DNA of 64,000 nucleotides from an uncultured virus (IMG/VR IMGVR_UViG_3300029319_006492). Taxonomy: Duplodnaviria > Heunggongvirae > Uroviricota > Caudoviricetes. Location: the IMG/VR virus record IMGVR_UViG_3300029319_006492. One strand, 5' to 3'. Position 1 is the first letter of the stretch. The number at the start of each line of letters is the position of its first letter. Made by a program: the position numbers and the translations under genes. The notes below the pieces were generated by a model. It saw nothing but the letters and a program-made list of their open reading frames with translations, ran no database searches and was not told the origin of the DNA. This document shows positions 8,861-18,599 of this stretch, piece after piece.

Positions 8861-9999
8861 AAGTATTATACATAGCCCATTACAGAGAATTTGGAGGTTG
8901 GTCACAGGCGGCTATAGACCAGATGCTTGCGCTAGATAGCGTGGGAGTGGATGTTGTTTGTAGAAACATAACACTCACATCGGATAGGGATGACATTCCC
9001 CAAAAAATACTAGAGTTTGAGAATAAGGATAGCGCGAATTGCGACGTTTGTATTCAACACGTCTTGCCACACCATCTTGTAGGATCGGAAAACTTCAAGA
9101 AAAATATTGCGTTCTTAGAGTTTGAAACATTAAGCATTAGAGATCTACCTTGGTTTCCAAGGTTGCATATGATGGATGAAGTTTGGGTCTCAAATCGCTC
9201 GGCATGGAGATCCTTAAAGTGGGACGGGTTAGAATCTAAAGCCAGACTGGTTCATCACGCAACTGACATTGAGAAGTACAAGAAAAACTATAAGCCTCTA
9301 GGTTTAACCGACGTAGAAGACACATTCAATTTCTACTATGCTGGTGACTTAAACGACAGAAAAAATTTAGAAGCTATATGCACATGCTTTCATAGTGAAT
9401 TTGACAAGTCGGAAGATGTATCGTTGATTTTGAAAGTCAATAAGTTTGGCCACGACCCACAACAGATACATGAAAGACTGGACTTAATGCTTGGAGGTAT
9501 AAAGTCCAAGCTACGATTATATCCAGAAGTAGCAGACTACAAGAAGGAAGCTGTTATAACTGTGAAGCTGCCTGAAGATGATATGTACAGGCTACACAAC
9601 GCTTGTCACTGCTTTCTATTACCATCGCATGGTGAAGCGTGGTCTATACCAGCGCTAGACGCTGTTGGCTTTGGCTCTACACCTATCTGTAGTAATTTTG
9701 GAGGACCGCCAGAGTTTATAAGCGATAGCGATGCGTTTTCAGGTGTCTGTGTAGACGGGGTTTATTCCTGTTGCAAATGTTCAGACTCCGCTTTTCCAGA
9801 TATGTTCACAGCAAGAGAGTTTTGGTTTACACCCTGTGAAAAACAAATCACAGAGGCGATGAGAGGCTACTATGAATCATGGAAGTCTGACCCAGAAAAA
9901 CATACAAGAAAAGCTAAAAAGGCAGGACTGATAGCGGTTGAAAAGTTTTCGTATAAAAATGTAGGACAAAACATGTTGGAGATATTAAATGACTTTTAA
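8857..9999 (+). CDS. GT4-like glycosyltransferase
   Basis: RKNL, PSHGEAWSIPALDA. Start placed at GTG 8857 (GTGA overlap; MKVLYIAHY). Confidence 0.82.
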   Translation: MKVLYIAHYREFGGWSQAAIDQMLALDSVGVDVVCRNITLTSDRDDIPQKILEFENKDSANCDVCIQHVLPHHLVGSENFKKNIAFLEFETLSIRDLPWFPRLHMMDEVWVSNRSAWRSLKWDGLESKARLVHHATDIEKYKKNYKPLGLTDVEDTFNFYYAGDLNDRKNLEAICTCFHSEFDKSEDVSLILKVNKFGHDPQQIHERLDLMLGGIKSKLRLYPEVADYKKEAVITVKLPEDDMYRLHNACHCFLLPSHGEAWSIPALDAVGFGSTPICSNFGGPPEFISDSDAFSGVCVDGVYSCCKCSDSAFPDMFTAREFWFTPCEKQITEAMRGYYESWKSDPEKHTRKAKKAGLIAVEKFSYKNVGQNMLEILNDF

Positions 10000-10987
10000 A
10001 ACACTGGGTGTGTTGAACAAGGCCGCTTACCCCAAGAAAGATAAGTATAACATACTAACATTCGATACTCATGAGAGATATCAGACTCAGCTATGCAAAA
10101 CTGGACACAATTTTTACTCCTTTAGATACAACGATTGCAAGAAGTGGGATACTGATTATGCAAAGATACCAGAAAACTACTATATACTTCCAGAGACTGG
10201 GTTGCCGACCGCTGTTACATTTGACTTTATTTTGAGTCAAAGTAAGTTTGGTCAGTTCCAAGTTGCCTCGCAACTTAACGATCACTTGGATGTCCCAGTA
10301 ATTTCTCTTGAGCATACTCTTCCGTTGCCGCATTGGGGTAATGACCAACTTAATCAGTTTAAATCAATGATTGGTGACATTAATGTATTTATATCAGAAT
10401 ACTCTGTTGGCAATTGGAATATGTTTTGCCCATCAGATGTCATTCACCACTCAGTAGATACGAATACGTTCAAACCGGTGGAAGAACGCAAGGATAGGTC
10501 TCCGGAGGTTTTGAGTGTTGTTAATGACTTCAAAAATAGGGACTACTGCTGCAACTACACTGGGTGGCAGAAAGTAACAGAAGGTTTTGACACAAAGTTG
10601 CTAGGCAGCTCACCGGATGGATCGTCCAGACCCGCCGAGTCTGTAGAAGATCTAGTGGTAGAATACAACTCAGCAAAGGTATTTCTGAATACATCAACAA
10701 TTAGTCCAGTCCCAACATCACTATTAGAAGCTATGGCTTGTGGATGCCCAGTCGTGACAACTGCCACTTGCATGATTCCAGAAATAATTAAAAATGGAGT
10801 GAACGGATTTATGTCTAATGATGAATCCGAATTAAAGGAGTATATAAGAAAGCTGTTAGATGATAGAGAACTAGCGATACATATGGGCAATCAAGCTAGA
10901 GAGACCGTCAAAGAACAATTCTCGGAAGAAAAGTTCATAAACAATTGGAACAATATTTTTGACAAGGCTTACGGAGTTAAGAAATGA
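9989..10987 (+). CDS. GT4-like glycosyltransferase
   Basis: HSVDTNTF, FLNTS...PTSLLEAMACGCPVV...EIIKNGVNG. Confidence 0.85.
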   Translation: MTFKTLGVLNKAAYPKKDKYNILTFDTHERYQTQLCKTGHNFYSFRYNDCKKWDTDYAKIPENYYILPETGLPTAVTFDFILSQSKFGQFQVASQLNDHLDVPVISLEHTLPLPHWGNDQLNQFKSMIGDINVFISEYSVGNWNMFCPSDVIHHSVDTNTFKPVEERKDRSPEVLSVVNDFKNRDYCCNYTGWQKVTEGFDTKLLGSSPDGSSRPAESVEDLVVEYNSAKVFLNTSTISPVPTSLLEAMACGCPVVTTATCMIPEIIKNGVNGFMSNDESELKEYIRKLLDDRELAIHMGNQARETVKEQFSEEKFINNWNNIFDKAYGVKK

Positions 10988-11400
10988 AAATACAAGTTGT
11001 TAGAATGGGAGAACCCGTAATAGAAGGGTACAAACAAGCAATCTGCTCAGATAATTATGTAAATCTTATGGACATAGCAGACAATGAATGTACTGAGATA
11101 ATGGCTCAGGATATACTGGATAATTTCGACTACGAGAGAATACAGGAATGTTTAGTCGCCTTAGTTGGAAAACTTAGGCTGAATGGCAAGATTGTTGTAG
11201 GAGGAACTGATATAAGGCTATTTTCTAGACTGGTAACAAACTGCTCTTTGTCAGAGCAAGAAGCTTGCGGCCTTCTTAAAAACAGCAACTCCATGTCTTC
11301 ACTTAGCGCAGTTAAGCCAATTATAAAATCTTTAGGTTTAAATATTGAGTCGTCTACCATAAACGGTACACACTTTGAGATAGTTGCAAAAAGAGGATAA
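10984..11400 (+). CDS. Hypothetical protein resembling a truncated class I methyltransferase fold
   Basis: DNECTEIMAQDILDNF...LRLNGKIVV resembles the C-terminal half of type 11 methyltransferases. No SAM-binding GxG motif. Confidence 0.45.
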   Translation: MKIQVVRMGEPVIEGYKQAICSDNYVNLMDIADNECTEIMAQDILDNFDYERIQECLVALVGKLRLNGKIVVGGTDIRLFSRLVTNCSLSEQEACGLLKNSNSMSSLSAVKPIIKSLGLNIESSTINGTHFEIVAKRG

Positions 11401-11401
11401 A

Positions 11402-12214
11402 ATGCCAAGGTCTATCAACTGCTCTCATTGCATATTTGCGAACACGTCGCCACCGGCGAGTGGTGGACCATTCGGTGTTTTGCAAACCGGATGTAAAACT
11501 TGGCGCCTAGATCACTATATATCAACAGGCAAAGCAGAGCGTCCACAGGTTGATCCAGAAACGGGAGAAGTATACGCATTTTATGGACTTTCTAAGTTCT
11601 GTAATATGCTAAGAACTAGTGAGTGGGCAAAAACAAGCAGAGAAGGAGCATCATATGAAGAATTAATACTAAAGGCAGAATATGAAAACAAATGTAGTTT
11701 TGGAATTGTAATTGAAATATCAGATGAATCAGAAGATGATCTAAAACATACCGTAGAATCTATCAAAAATATTAATTATGCAAAAGAGAAACTTACAGTA
11801 ACTTTTTCTGTGGTGCAAAAAAGTTTGCACACGCAAATATATTTAAATCTTGTAGAAGAGCTTAAGCAGTTAGGAATCAACTGTACTTTAGTGATGCACT
11901 CTTCAAGCTCTGAACAATTTACATCTGACAAAGACGCTTTTATGCAATCCTTTGTAGATAAAAGATCATATCTGTGCAAAATTAAACCGGGAGACAATAT
12001 AGATAGTAACTTGATGTCTTTTATCGAGTACGTTATCAACAAAAAATTAGAAGCAATAATATCGTTTGAAGACGAGAATGGAGTTGTCTTCAATCATAGG
12101 GGTGTAGTAAATAAATTGTATCCGGATTACCAGAACTATGATTTGATGAATAAAGATATATTAGAAAAATCTATTACTCAGAAGAATTATAGGAAATATG
12201 AGACAAAGAAGTAG
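11402..12214 (+). CDS. Hypothetical protein (Cys-containing N-terminus, possible degenerate GT-A domain)
   Basis: CSHCIF...GC...FC cysteines. LKHTVESIKNINY resembles GT2 N-termini. ATG at 11402 follows AGGA. Confidence 0.45.
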   Translation: MPRSINCSHCIFANTSPPASGGPFGVLQTGCKTWRLDHYISTGKAERPQVDPETGEVYAFYGLSKFCNMLRTSEWAKTSREGASYEELILKAEYENKCSFGIVIEISDESEDDLKHTVESIKNINYAKEKLTVTFSVVQKSLHTQIYLNLVEELKQLGINCTLVMHSSSSEQFTSDKDAFMQSFVDKRSYLCKIKPGDNIDSNLMSFIEYVINKKLEAIISFEDENGVVFNHRGVVNKLYPDYQNYDLMNKDILEKSITQKNYRKYETKK

Positions 12215-12950
12215 ATACATAACAAGTGCCGTACAGAGAGACGGCAAAAAACATGACGGTATCGACTCGCTTGTTTCGATTGTATTGTTCAGCGAGAACC
12301 ACGGATACAGGATGAAATCCTATGGTCCGATATCGTTAATGAAGATAGAAGGCAAAACTTTAATACAGAGACAGGTCGAAGCTATTAAAGCGGCTTTCAA
12401 AAACTTTGAAATAGTATTATGCTCTGGTTTTGAGACTGCGAGAACTGTTAACTTTGTAAAGACTAATTTTGCAGACGTTAATATTAGAGTTGTCGAAAAC
12501 CAGATACACTTTAACTCAAACTGCTGTGAAAGCGCTAGACTTTGTATGCACAACATTAATAACGACAAGGTTATAATGTGTAACGGTTCGTTGTTAATAT
12601 CGCCGCAAGTCTTTTCACAAATAGATTACACTAGGTCTACCATACTATGTCAACCAGAAGATGAATTTAAAAACTTTGACATTGGAGTTGTAGAGAACGA
12701 TGGTATACTGGAACACCTATCCGTAGGTGTAAAAGATAAGGTATGGAACGAGATAGTTTATATGAAAGATAGGAAGGTTATAAATGCCCTGTATTCGATT
12801 GTCTCAAACCCAGAATACAAAAACAGATTCCTATTTGAGGCTGTAAACGTGTTGTTAAAGGATCATAGGTTTTTTGCGAAAGAAAACGATTCGTACAACG
12901 TACTCAAGATAGAAAACATAAAAACATTAAAAAAGGTTACAAAAATATGA
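12198..12950 (+). CDS. Nucleotidyltransferase-fold protein (LicC/MobA-like), degenerate
   Basis: GYRMKSYGPISLMKIEGKTLIQRQVEAI...IVLCSGF aligns with GxRM...PKxL...LI...IVVxGY. Confidence 0.65.
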   Translation: MRQRSRYITSAVQRDGKKHDGIDSLVSIVLFSENHGYRMKSYGPISLMKIEGKTLIQRQVEAIKAAFKNFEIVLCSGFETARTVNFVKTNFADVNIRVVENQIHFNSNCCESARLCMHNINNDKVIMCNGSLLISPQVFSQIDYTRSTILCQPEDEFKNFDIGVVENDGILEHLSVGVKDKVWNEIVYMKDRKVINALYSIVSNPEYKNRFLFEAVNVLLKDHRFFAKENDSYNVLKIENIKTLKKVTKI

Positions 12951-13819
12951 AAACTTTGTTTCTGAACTATTCGTCTGCTCTTTCAACAGAAGCTATGTAT
13001 CTCCATAGATCTTTTATAGAGGCTGGCGAAGAAGCCGTGATGTGGAACCCTAATTCTCAAAGCGCGTTTGACACTTTCGATTACGTCAAGCCAGACGTAT
13101 TCGTTACCCACTTCGCATTTTTAACAAACGATATTATTAAATATCTTTCAAAAAATAAGAAGATAAGCATGGCATTGAATGTGACGGGTGCAACAAAGGA
13201 GCAAATACAACAGATTGAAAGTTTTGATGTAAACCTTGTAACTATGTTTACCAATCTTTATGAATCTAACAACAACTTGAGGGGTATGAAGTCAAAAATT
13301 AATGGCATATACCCCGGAGCTGACATCTTCCTACCTGTAATGCCGACACCCGAATACAATTTAAACAAGTGCTTTTTGTCGCTGGATAATAACGACCAAC
13401 TAAAGAGGGAAAGAGAAGCGGAAGAAGAATACCATGTTATGTCCTTTACTCCCCCGTCTGCTGATAGCTATGCCGACATGAACTTAGACATTACATCTGC
13501 GGTAAGCTTTTACCATAAGTACAAGACATGCCACCTAGTGGGCGATATAAATTTTGTGTCTTGTCAAATATTGTTTGATTCTTTACTAAAGGCTAATCGC
13601 GTTAAAGTTAAAGTGCCTGACTCGCAGCAAGAAATGTTAGATTCAATTTTTGCTTCTCTATTTTTGCAACCAAAAGATTCTGATGCCGAGATTGGTGATG
13701 TTATAAAGGGACAAGTGAGACGTAGACACAATTGCTTCAAAAGAGCCGCTAGACTGTCTAGATTTATAAACAACTCAGAATTATCTTCTAAGCTAGAAAG
13801 GATGGGCGAATCCATATGA
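12947..13819 (+). CDS. Hypothetical protein, distant GT-B / CgeB-like
   Basis: KPDVFV, PGADIF and C-terminal RHNCFKRAARL resemble glycosyltransferase segments. Located inside the glycosylation operon. Confidence 0.45.
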   Translation: MKTLFLNYSSALSTEAMYLHRSFIEAGEEAVMWNPNSQSAFDTFDYVKPDVFVTHFAFLTNDIIKYLSKNKKISMALNVTGATKEQIQQIESFDVNLVTMFTNLYESNNNLRGMKSKINGIYPGADIFLPVMPTPEYNLNKCFLSLDNNDQLKREREAEEEYHVMSFTPPSADSYADMNLDITSAVSFYHKYKTCHLVGDINFVSCQILFDSLLKANRVKVKVPDSQQEMLDSIFASLFLQPKDSDAEIGDVIKGQVRRRHNCFKRAARLSRFINNSELSSKLERMGESI

Positions 13820-14748
13820 AAGCGATTGTAACCGGTGGCGCTGGATTTATAGGCTCACATATAGTAGATAGGCTTATTGATGAAAACCATGAAGTGATTG
13901 TTATAGATGATGAGTCTGCAATTACACATGACGGCTTTTACTATAATGACAAAGCAACCTACCATAAAATCTCTGTACAAAGTTATTATGATATCAAAGA
14001 ATATTTTGAAGGTGTAGATGTAGTATTTCACTTGGCTGCTGAGTCTAGAATACAGCCGTGTGTCAAAAACCCTGTGATTGCCTACATGACAAACTCCGTA
14101 GGGACATGCAGCGTGTTGCAGGCAGCTAAGGAAGCAAACGTTAAGCGCGTAGTTTATTCATCAACCTCTGCTGCCTATGGTTTAGCAAACTATCCACCAT
14201 TAAAAGAAACGATGCCCACTGACTGTTTAAACGCATACTCAACCAGTAAGGTCTCTGGAGAAGAGGCGTGTAAGATGTTCTACAGGTTGTATGGTTTAGA
14301 AACAGTAATTCTCAGGTACTTTAATGTTTATGGGGACAGACAGCCAACAGAAGGTCAGTACGCCCCAGTTATAGGTCTATTCCAAAAGCAGGTAGCAGAA
14401 GGGTTGCCTATCACAGTTATTGGCGACGGATGGCAAACAAGAGACTTTACAAACGTCAAAGATGTTGTGGAAGCAAATATTCTAGCTGCAACTGTGGATA
14501 ACGCCAAGGCTCTAGGCCAAGTGTTTAATATAGGCTCTGGCAAAAGATACTCAATCTTGGACTTGGTTGATATGATAGATTGCCCAAGGGAAGAATCTAA
14601 CTATATCAATTTACCCGAAAGACTAGGTGAAGCTAGGGATAGCTTGGCCGACAATTCAAAAGCCAGAGAAATTCTAGGCTGGGAACCTAACACAAACTTG
14701 GAGGAATGGCTAAATGAATCTACTGATTCAGTTTCCAACGCTGGGTAG
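13816..14748 (+). CDS. NAD-dependent nucleotide-sugar epimerase/dehydratase (GalE/WbpP-like extended SDR)
   Basis: TGGAGFIGSH, HLAA, YSTSK (YxxxK), LRYFNVYG, GDGWQTRDF. Confidence 0.9.
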   Translation: MKAIVTGGAGFIGSHIVDRLIDENHEVIVIDDESAITHDGFYYNDKATYHKISVQSYYDIKEYFEGVDVVFHLAAESRIQPCVKNPVIAYMTNSVGTCSVLQAAKEANVKRVVYSSTSAAYGLANYPPLKETMPTDCLNAYSTSKVSGEEACKMFYRLYGLETVILRYFNVYGDRQPTEGQYAPVIGLFQKQVAEGLPITVIGDGWQTRDFTNVKDVVEANILAATVDNAKALGQVFNIGSGKRYSILDLVDMIDCPREESNYINLPERLGEARDSLADNSKAREILGWEPNTNLEEWLNESTDSVSNAG

Positions 14749-15424
14749 GCCAGATAAATTTCTAAATGTTCTAGATAAATACATCACTACATGCAGTGTC
14801 TGGAATAAAATTTTCTTTAACATAAATTGTGATAGTCAAGACACGACTATGACGAACCCTTATGTACAAGAGCGTATAAAATATATATTGACAAAGCGCA
14901 TAGAAGTAGACGGCGTAATCAACTATGATAACGACACAGACAAGATAAGTGCAATCAATTCAAATATGGAGGACAAAAGTTTTGACATTGTTATTTGTGC
15001 TTCTGATGATATGGTTCCTAAGATGTTTAGTTGGGATCAGAAGATAGTAGAAGCAATGGAAAAATATTTTCCCAATTTAGATGGTTGCGTACATTTTGAC
15101 GATGGAAATACCAACGGTAAACTTATTACTTTTTCTATACTTGGTAAGGTTTTGTACGATCACTTTGGTTATATTTATCACCCTGATTATAAAAGCTTGT
15201 ACTGTGACGACGAGTTTACACAAGTGGTAAGAGCTATGGGTAAAGAACGATACATAGACGAGGTAATAATTAGCCACGAGCATTACAGTGTAAAAGGCAC
15301 TGACAATTACGGCGACCTAGATATGTCAGCTAGAAAAACCCTGCATTACTCCGGCAGAGATCATATGGTATTCAATAAGAGAAAAGAACTTGGCTTTCCA
15401 AAAGAGAGAATAACAAATGATTGA
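14714..15424 (+). CDS. GT-A glycosyltransferase (GT2-like)
   Basis: FPTLGRP, ASDDM (DxD-like), YHPDYKSLYCDDEF, HEH. Confidence 0.7.
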   Translation: MNLLIQFPTLGRPDKFLNVLDKYITTCSVWNKIFFNINCDSQDTTMTNPYVQERIKYILTKRIEVDGVINYDNDTDKISAINSNMEDKSFDIVICASDDMVPKMFSWDQKIVEAMEKYFPNLDGCVHFDDGNTNGKLITFSILGKVLYDHFGYIYHPDYKSLYCDDEFTQVVRAMGKERYIDEVIISHEHYSVKGTDNYGDLDMSARKTLHYSGRDHMVFNKRKELGFPKERITND

Positions 15425-16043
15425 AGACATATACGTAGACCCTCACGATCAGAGAAACTGGAGCCTATTATTAAATAATAATGTTATCTCTTTAGGAGAT
15501 ACTGTTGTAGACGTGGGTGGTCATCACGGCGTATACACGCATATGTTTTCAAGCCTACTTGGAGCAACTGGAAAAGTCCATGTGTTTGAAATTTTCCCGC
15601 CAAGTTTTAGGTATTTAGAGATGAGATTTGGTCATTGCCCAAACGTGTTTTTCCATAACGCAGCAGTTTCGGACAGAGATGGTTTTGAATCTATTCACGT
15701 AGCAGAAAACAACGAGATGTGTGGGATACTAGAGAAAAACGGTCAAAAGATAGGCCAAATAGAATCAGTTACCCTAGATACATTTTTGGCAGACGAAGAC
15801 AGGGTGTCGTTGATAAAAATAGATGTTGAAGGAGCAGAGCTAAATGTTCTTCGTGGGGCTAAGGAGACTCTCAAGAAAACCGACTCACTTCTGTTAGAAT
15901 GTCACTTTGATGAAGATTGGCCAGAAATTAGAAATATTCTTCTTGAAGAAAATCAGTTTGAGTGCTATAATGTAGATAGGCGTGAGGTGGTTGATGCAAC
16001 AAGCTCAAGGCCGTATCAATGTTTCTGTCGGAGGAAAAAATGA
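15417..16043 (+). CDS. FkbM-family methyltransferase
   Basis: VDVGGHHG, VHVFE, TLD, IKIDVEGAELNVLRGA. Confidence 0.9.
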   Translation: MIEDIYVDPHDQRNWSLLLNNNVISLGDTVVDVGGHHGVYTHMFSSLLGATGKVHVFEIFPPSFRYLEMRFGHCPNVFFHNAAVSDRDGFESIHVAENNEMCGILEKNGQKIGQIESVTLDTFLADEDRVSLIKIDVEGAELNVLRGAKETLKKTDSLLLECHFDEDWPEIRNILLEENQFECYNVDRREVVDATSSRPYQCFCRRKK

Positions 16044-16672
16044 AAGTAATTGCTTTTAGTTTATGGGGCGACAGCCCCAAATACACAATGGGTGCAATTA
16101 AAAACGCAGAAATAGCTAAAGAAATATTTCCAGATTGGACTTGTAGGTATTATCTTGGGTCAGACGTTCCCGAATACATCATAAGAGAATTAGGAAATCT
16201 AGACGCAGAGTGCTGCCCCATGAATGGTAGCGGCTGGAACGGTATGTTTTGGAGGTTCTTTGCAGCAGACTCGCACGATATCGTTTTGTCAAGAGATACG
16301 GACTCCAGATTGGGCAACAGAGAAAAGGCTGCTGTAGATGAGTGGCTAGAAAGTGAAAAGGATTTCCATATAATGAGAGACCACCCATATCACGCCACCG
16401 AAATATTGGGTGGTATGTGGGGAGCTAGAAACGGAATACTGAAAGGTATAAAGCAAATGATACGAGATCATAACAACGGAAATTTTGATGACAAATATCA
16501 AGTTGATCAAAACTTTTTACGAGACGTTGTGTATCCAATAGTAAAAGAAAACTCTATCGTTCATGATGAATTTTTTGCAAAAAAACCATTCCCCAAAAAC
16601 GCCCCAGCAAGAACGAACAGTTATTTTGTAGGACAAGTTTACACCTCTCAGGATGTGGCAGAGTTTTCATAA
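16040..16672 (+). CDS. Putative GT-A-like protein of the RDxDSR / MRDHPYH family
   Basis: IAFSLWG...Y..GAIKN, MFWRF, SRDTDSR, FHIMRDHPYH, ILGGMWG, DQNFL. Start at ATG 16040 after GGAGG. Confidence 0.6.
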   Translation: MKVIAFSLWGDSPKYTMGAIKNAEIAKEIFPDWTCRYYLGSDVPEYIIRELGNLDAECCPMNGSGWNGMFWRFFAADSHDIVLSRDTDSRLGNREKAAVDEWLESEKDFHIMRDHPYHATEILGGMWGARNGILKGIKQMIRDHNNGNFDDKYQVDQNFLRDVVYPIVKENSIVHDEFFAKKPFPKNAPARTNSYFVGQVYTSQDVAEFS

Positions 16673-17379
16673 TGAATAAATATTATATCCATCACCATTT
16701 AGGTCTTGGGGATCACCTAGACTGCAATGGTATGATCAGGTACATACAAAAAAAGGTAGGTAAAAAGGTTTGCGTATTCTCTAAATCAAATTATTACTCT
16801 ATGATTGAGTATATGTACAGAGATACAGAAGACATTGAAGTAATCAAAATAGGCAAAGACGATGAGTATGGCGACGTTCGACGTGTAGTTACCGAGAACA
16901 ACGGCGAGGTTTTAGTCATTGGACACCAGTTCTACCCCGGAAAACAAGCAGAGCTACAGCAAGACAAGAATTGTTGGGAATTTTTCTATGAACAGGTCAA
17001 TATCCCATATGACGTAAGATACTCACACTTTTACGTAGAAAGAGACGAGCAAGAGGAGCAACGAGTATTTAACAAGCTCAACCCAAGCAACGAACCGTTT
17101 ATATTTATACATGAAGATGCGGCTCGTGGGTTTACATTAGATAGAAAACACTTCCTCGATAAAAACTTAAAAATCGTAGAAAACGATGTCACTGAAAATA
17201 TCTTTCACTTTACAAAGATACTGGAGGAGGCGCAGGAAATTCACTGCATGGAAAGCTCTTTCAAGACACTAATTGATTTTTACTGCAAGCAAGATAATAT
17301 ATTTTATCACGATATACGAGAAAGCCAACCTCTGGGGCAGCACAGTTCGCCAAAATGGACAGTAATAAAGTATGATTGA
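16672..17379 (+). CDS. Putative GT-B glycosyltransferase (fucosyltransferase-like)
   Basis: HHLGLGDH, FIFIHED, AQEIHCMESSF. Confidence 0.55.
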   Translation: MNKYYIHHHLGLGDHLDCNGMIRYIQKKVGKKVCVFSKSNYYSMIEYMYRDTEDIEVIKIGKDDEYGDVRRVVTENNGEVLVIGHQFYPGKQAELQQDKNCWEFFYEQVNIPYDVRYSHFYVERDEQEEQRVFNKLNPSNEPFIFIHEDAARGFTLDRKHFLDKNLKIVENDVTENIFHFTKILEEAQEIHCMESSFKTLIDFYCKQDNIFYHDIRESQPLGQHSSPKWTVIKYD

Positions 17380-18223
17380 ACTTATAAACTATAATTGGAT
17401 GCCCACCATAGCGGATCACTGCCTAGACCTTAGCCCTGAGTTTTATGCCTCGGCTGGCGTTAGCAGGTTGCACAGTCATATGGAATTTAAGCCAGAAAAT
17501 GTCATGGAAAACGACATTGTTTTTGTCAAGACTGATTTTGTTCATAACGGAACATTTCAGGCAGATTTTTTACCCCGAATAAGTAACAAGTTCACGCTGG
17601 TTACTGGGATTTCTTCTTACAGCGTCGAGGGAAAACATCAAGAGATATTAGATAACAGCTTGGTAAAACATTGGTTTTGTACCAACCCTCCATCATCCAA
17701 AGAGGTTACTCCGCTACCTATTGGTTTTGAAGAAAAAGAAAGATCCGGTGGCGATCAAAACGTACTAAACTCTGCACTGCTAAACTGTCCTGATTGGTCA
17801 TCTAAATCCGACAAACTTTATTTGCCATACCATGACGTAGGAACAAACCCCAAGAGAGATGCTCAGGTCAGATTCCTATCCTCATTAGAATATGTAGATG
17901 TTGAAACAAGAAGGTTAGGATTTACAGAATACCTGAATAAAATGTCACAATACAAATACATTCTATGTTTATCTGGAGCTGGTGACGATACGCATAGAAA
18001 CTATGAAGCCATGCTTGTAGGATCAACGCCCGTGATGCTAGTCACGCCGCTAAAAAGAGTCTTTGACTTTTACAATTTACCATCAGTCTTTTTGAGGGAA
18101 TGGTATGATTTAGAAAAAATATATAAAGATTTCTTACTAAAAAAGAAATATAATTGGGACGTTACAGATTTTCTAGACGTGAACACTCATAAGGAAAGGA
18201 TATTGTCGTATGCCAAAGGTTGA
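17372..18223 (+). CDS. Exostosin/GT47-like glycosyltransferase
   Basis: Y...MSQYKYILCLSGAGDDTHRNYEAMLVGSTPV matches the exostosin C-terminal motif. Confidence 0.65.
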   Translation: MIELINYNWMPTIADHCLDLSPEFYASAGVSRLHSHMEFKPENVMENDIVFVKTDFVHNGTFQADFLPRISNKFTLVTGISSYSVEGKHQEILDNSLVKHWFCTNPPSSKEVTPLPIGFEEKERSGGDQNVLNSALLNCPDWSSKSDKLYLPYHDVGTNPKRDAQVRFLSSLEYVDVETRRLGFTEYLNKMSQYKYILCLSGAGDDTHRNYEAMLVGSTPVMLVTPLKRVFDFYNLPSVFLREWYDLEKIYKDFLLKKKYNWDVTDFLDVNTHKERILSYAKG

Positions 18224-18599
18224 GGTGTCTGTAGGTGAACTTATAGACAAAATAACTATTTTAGAAATCAAGCAGGAAAGAATCACTGACGAAAAGAAGC
18301 TTTCTCATGTAAATGCTGAATTGGATATATTGAGAGCGACTGTTATCTCTGAGAACATATCTGTGCCGCAAGACTTAGTAAACGAACTAAAGGCTATAAA
18401 CATAGAACTCTGGGACGCCGAGGACGTTATAAGGGCTTGCGAGAAAGACGGTGACTTTACAGAGGCTTTTGTAGATTGTGCAAGATTAGACGCTATACTA
18501 AACGACAAAAGGTTTTTAGCTAAAAACAAAATTAACGAATCCACGCAGTCACTAGTCAAGGAGCAAAAGTCTTATGAGGGACTTTATACCGCAAATTGA
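18210..18599 (+). CDS. DUF6165-like helical protein
   Basis: VSVGELIDKITILEIK...N.ELWD.ED.IR...ND.R..K..IN...EQKSY. Confidence 0.75.
   Translation: MPKVEVSVGELIDKITILEIKQERITDEKKLSHVNAELDILRATVISENISVPQDLVNELKAINIELWDAEDVIRACEKDGDFTEAFVDCARLDAILNDKRFLAKNKINESTQSLVKEQKSYEGLYTAN

Noticed and set aside
13816..14748. GDP-mannose 4,6-dehydratase (gmd)
   Set aside because: Lacks the GITGQDG and QSHV signatures; looks GalE/WbpP-like.
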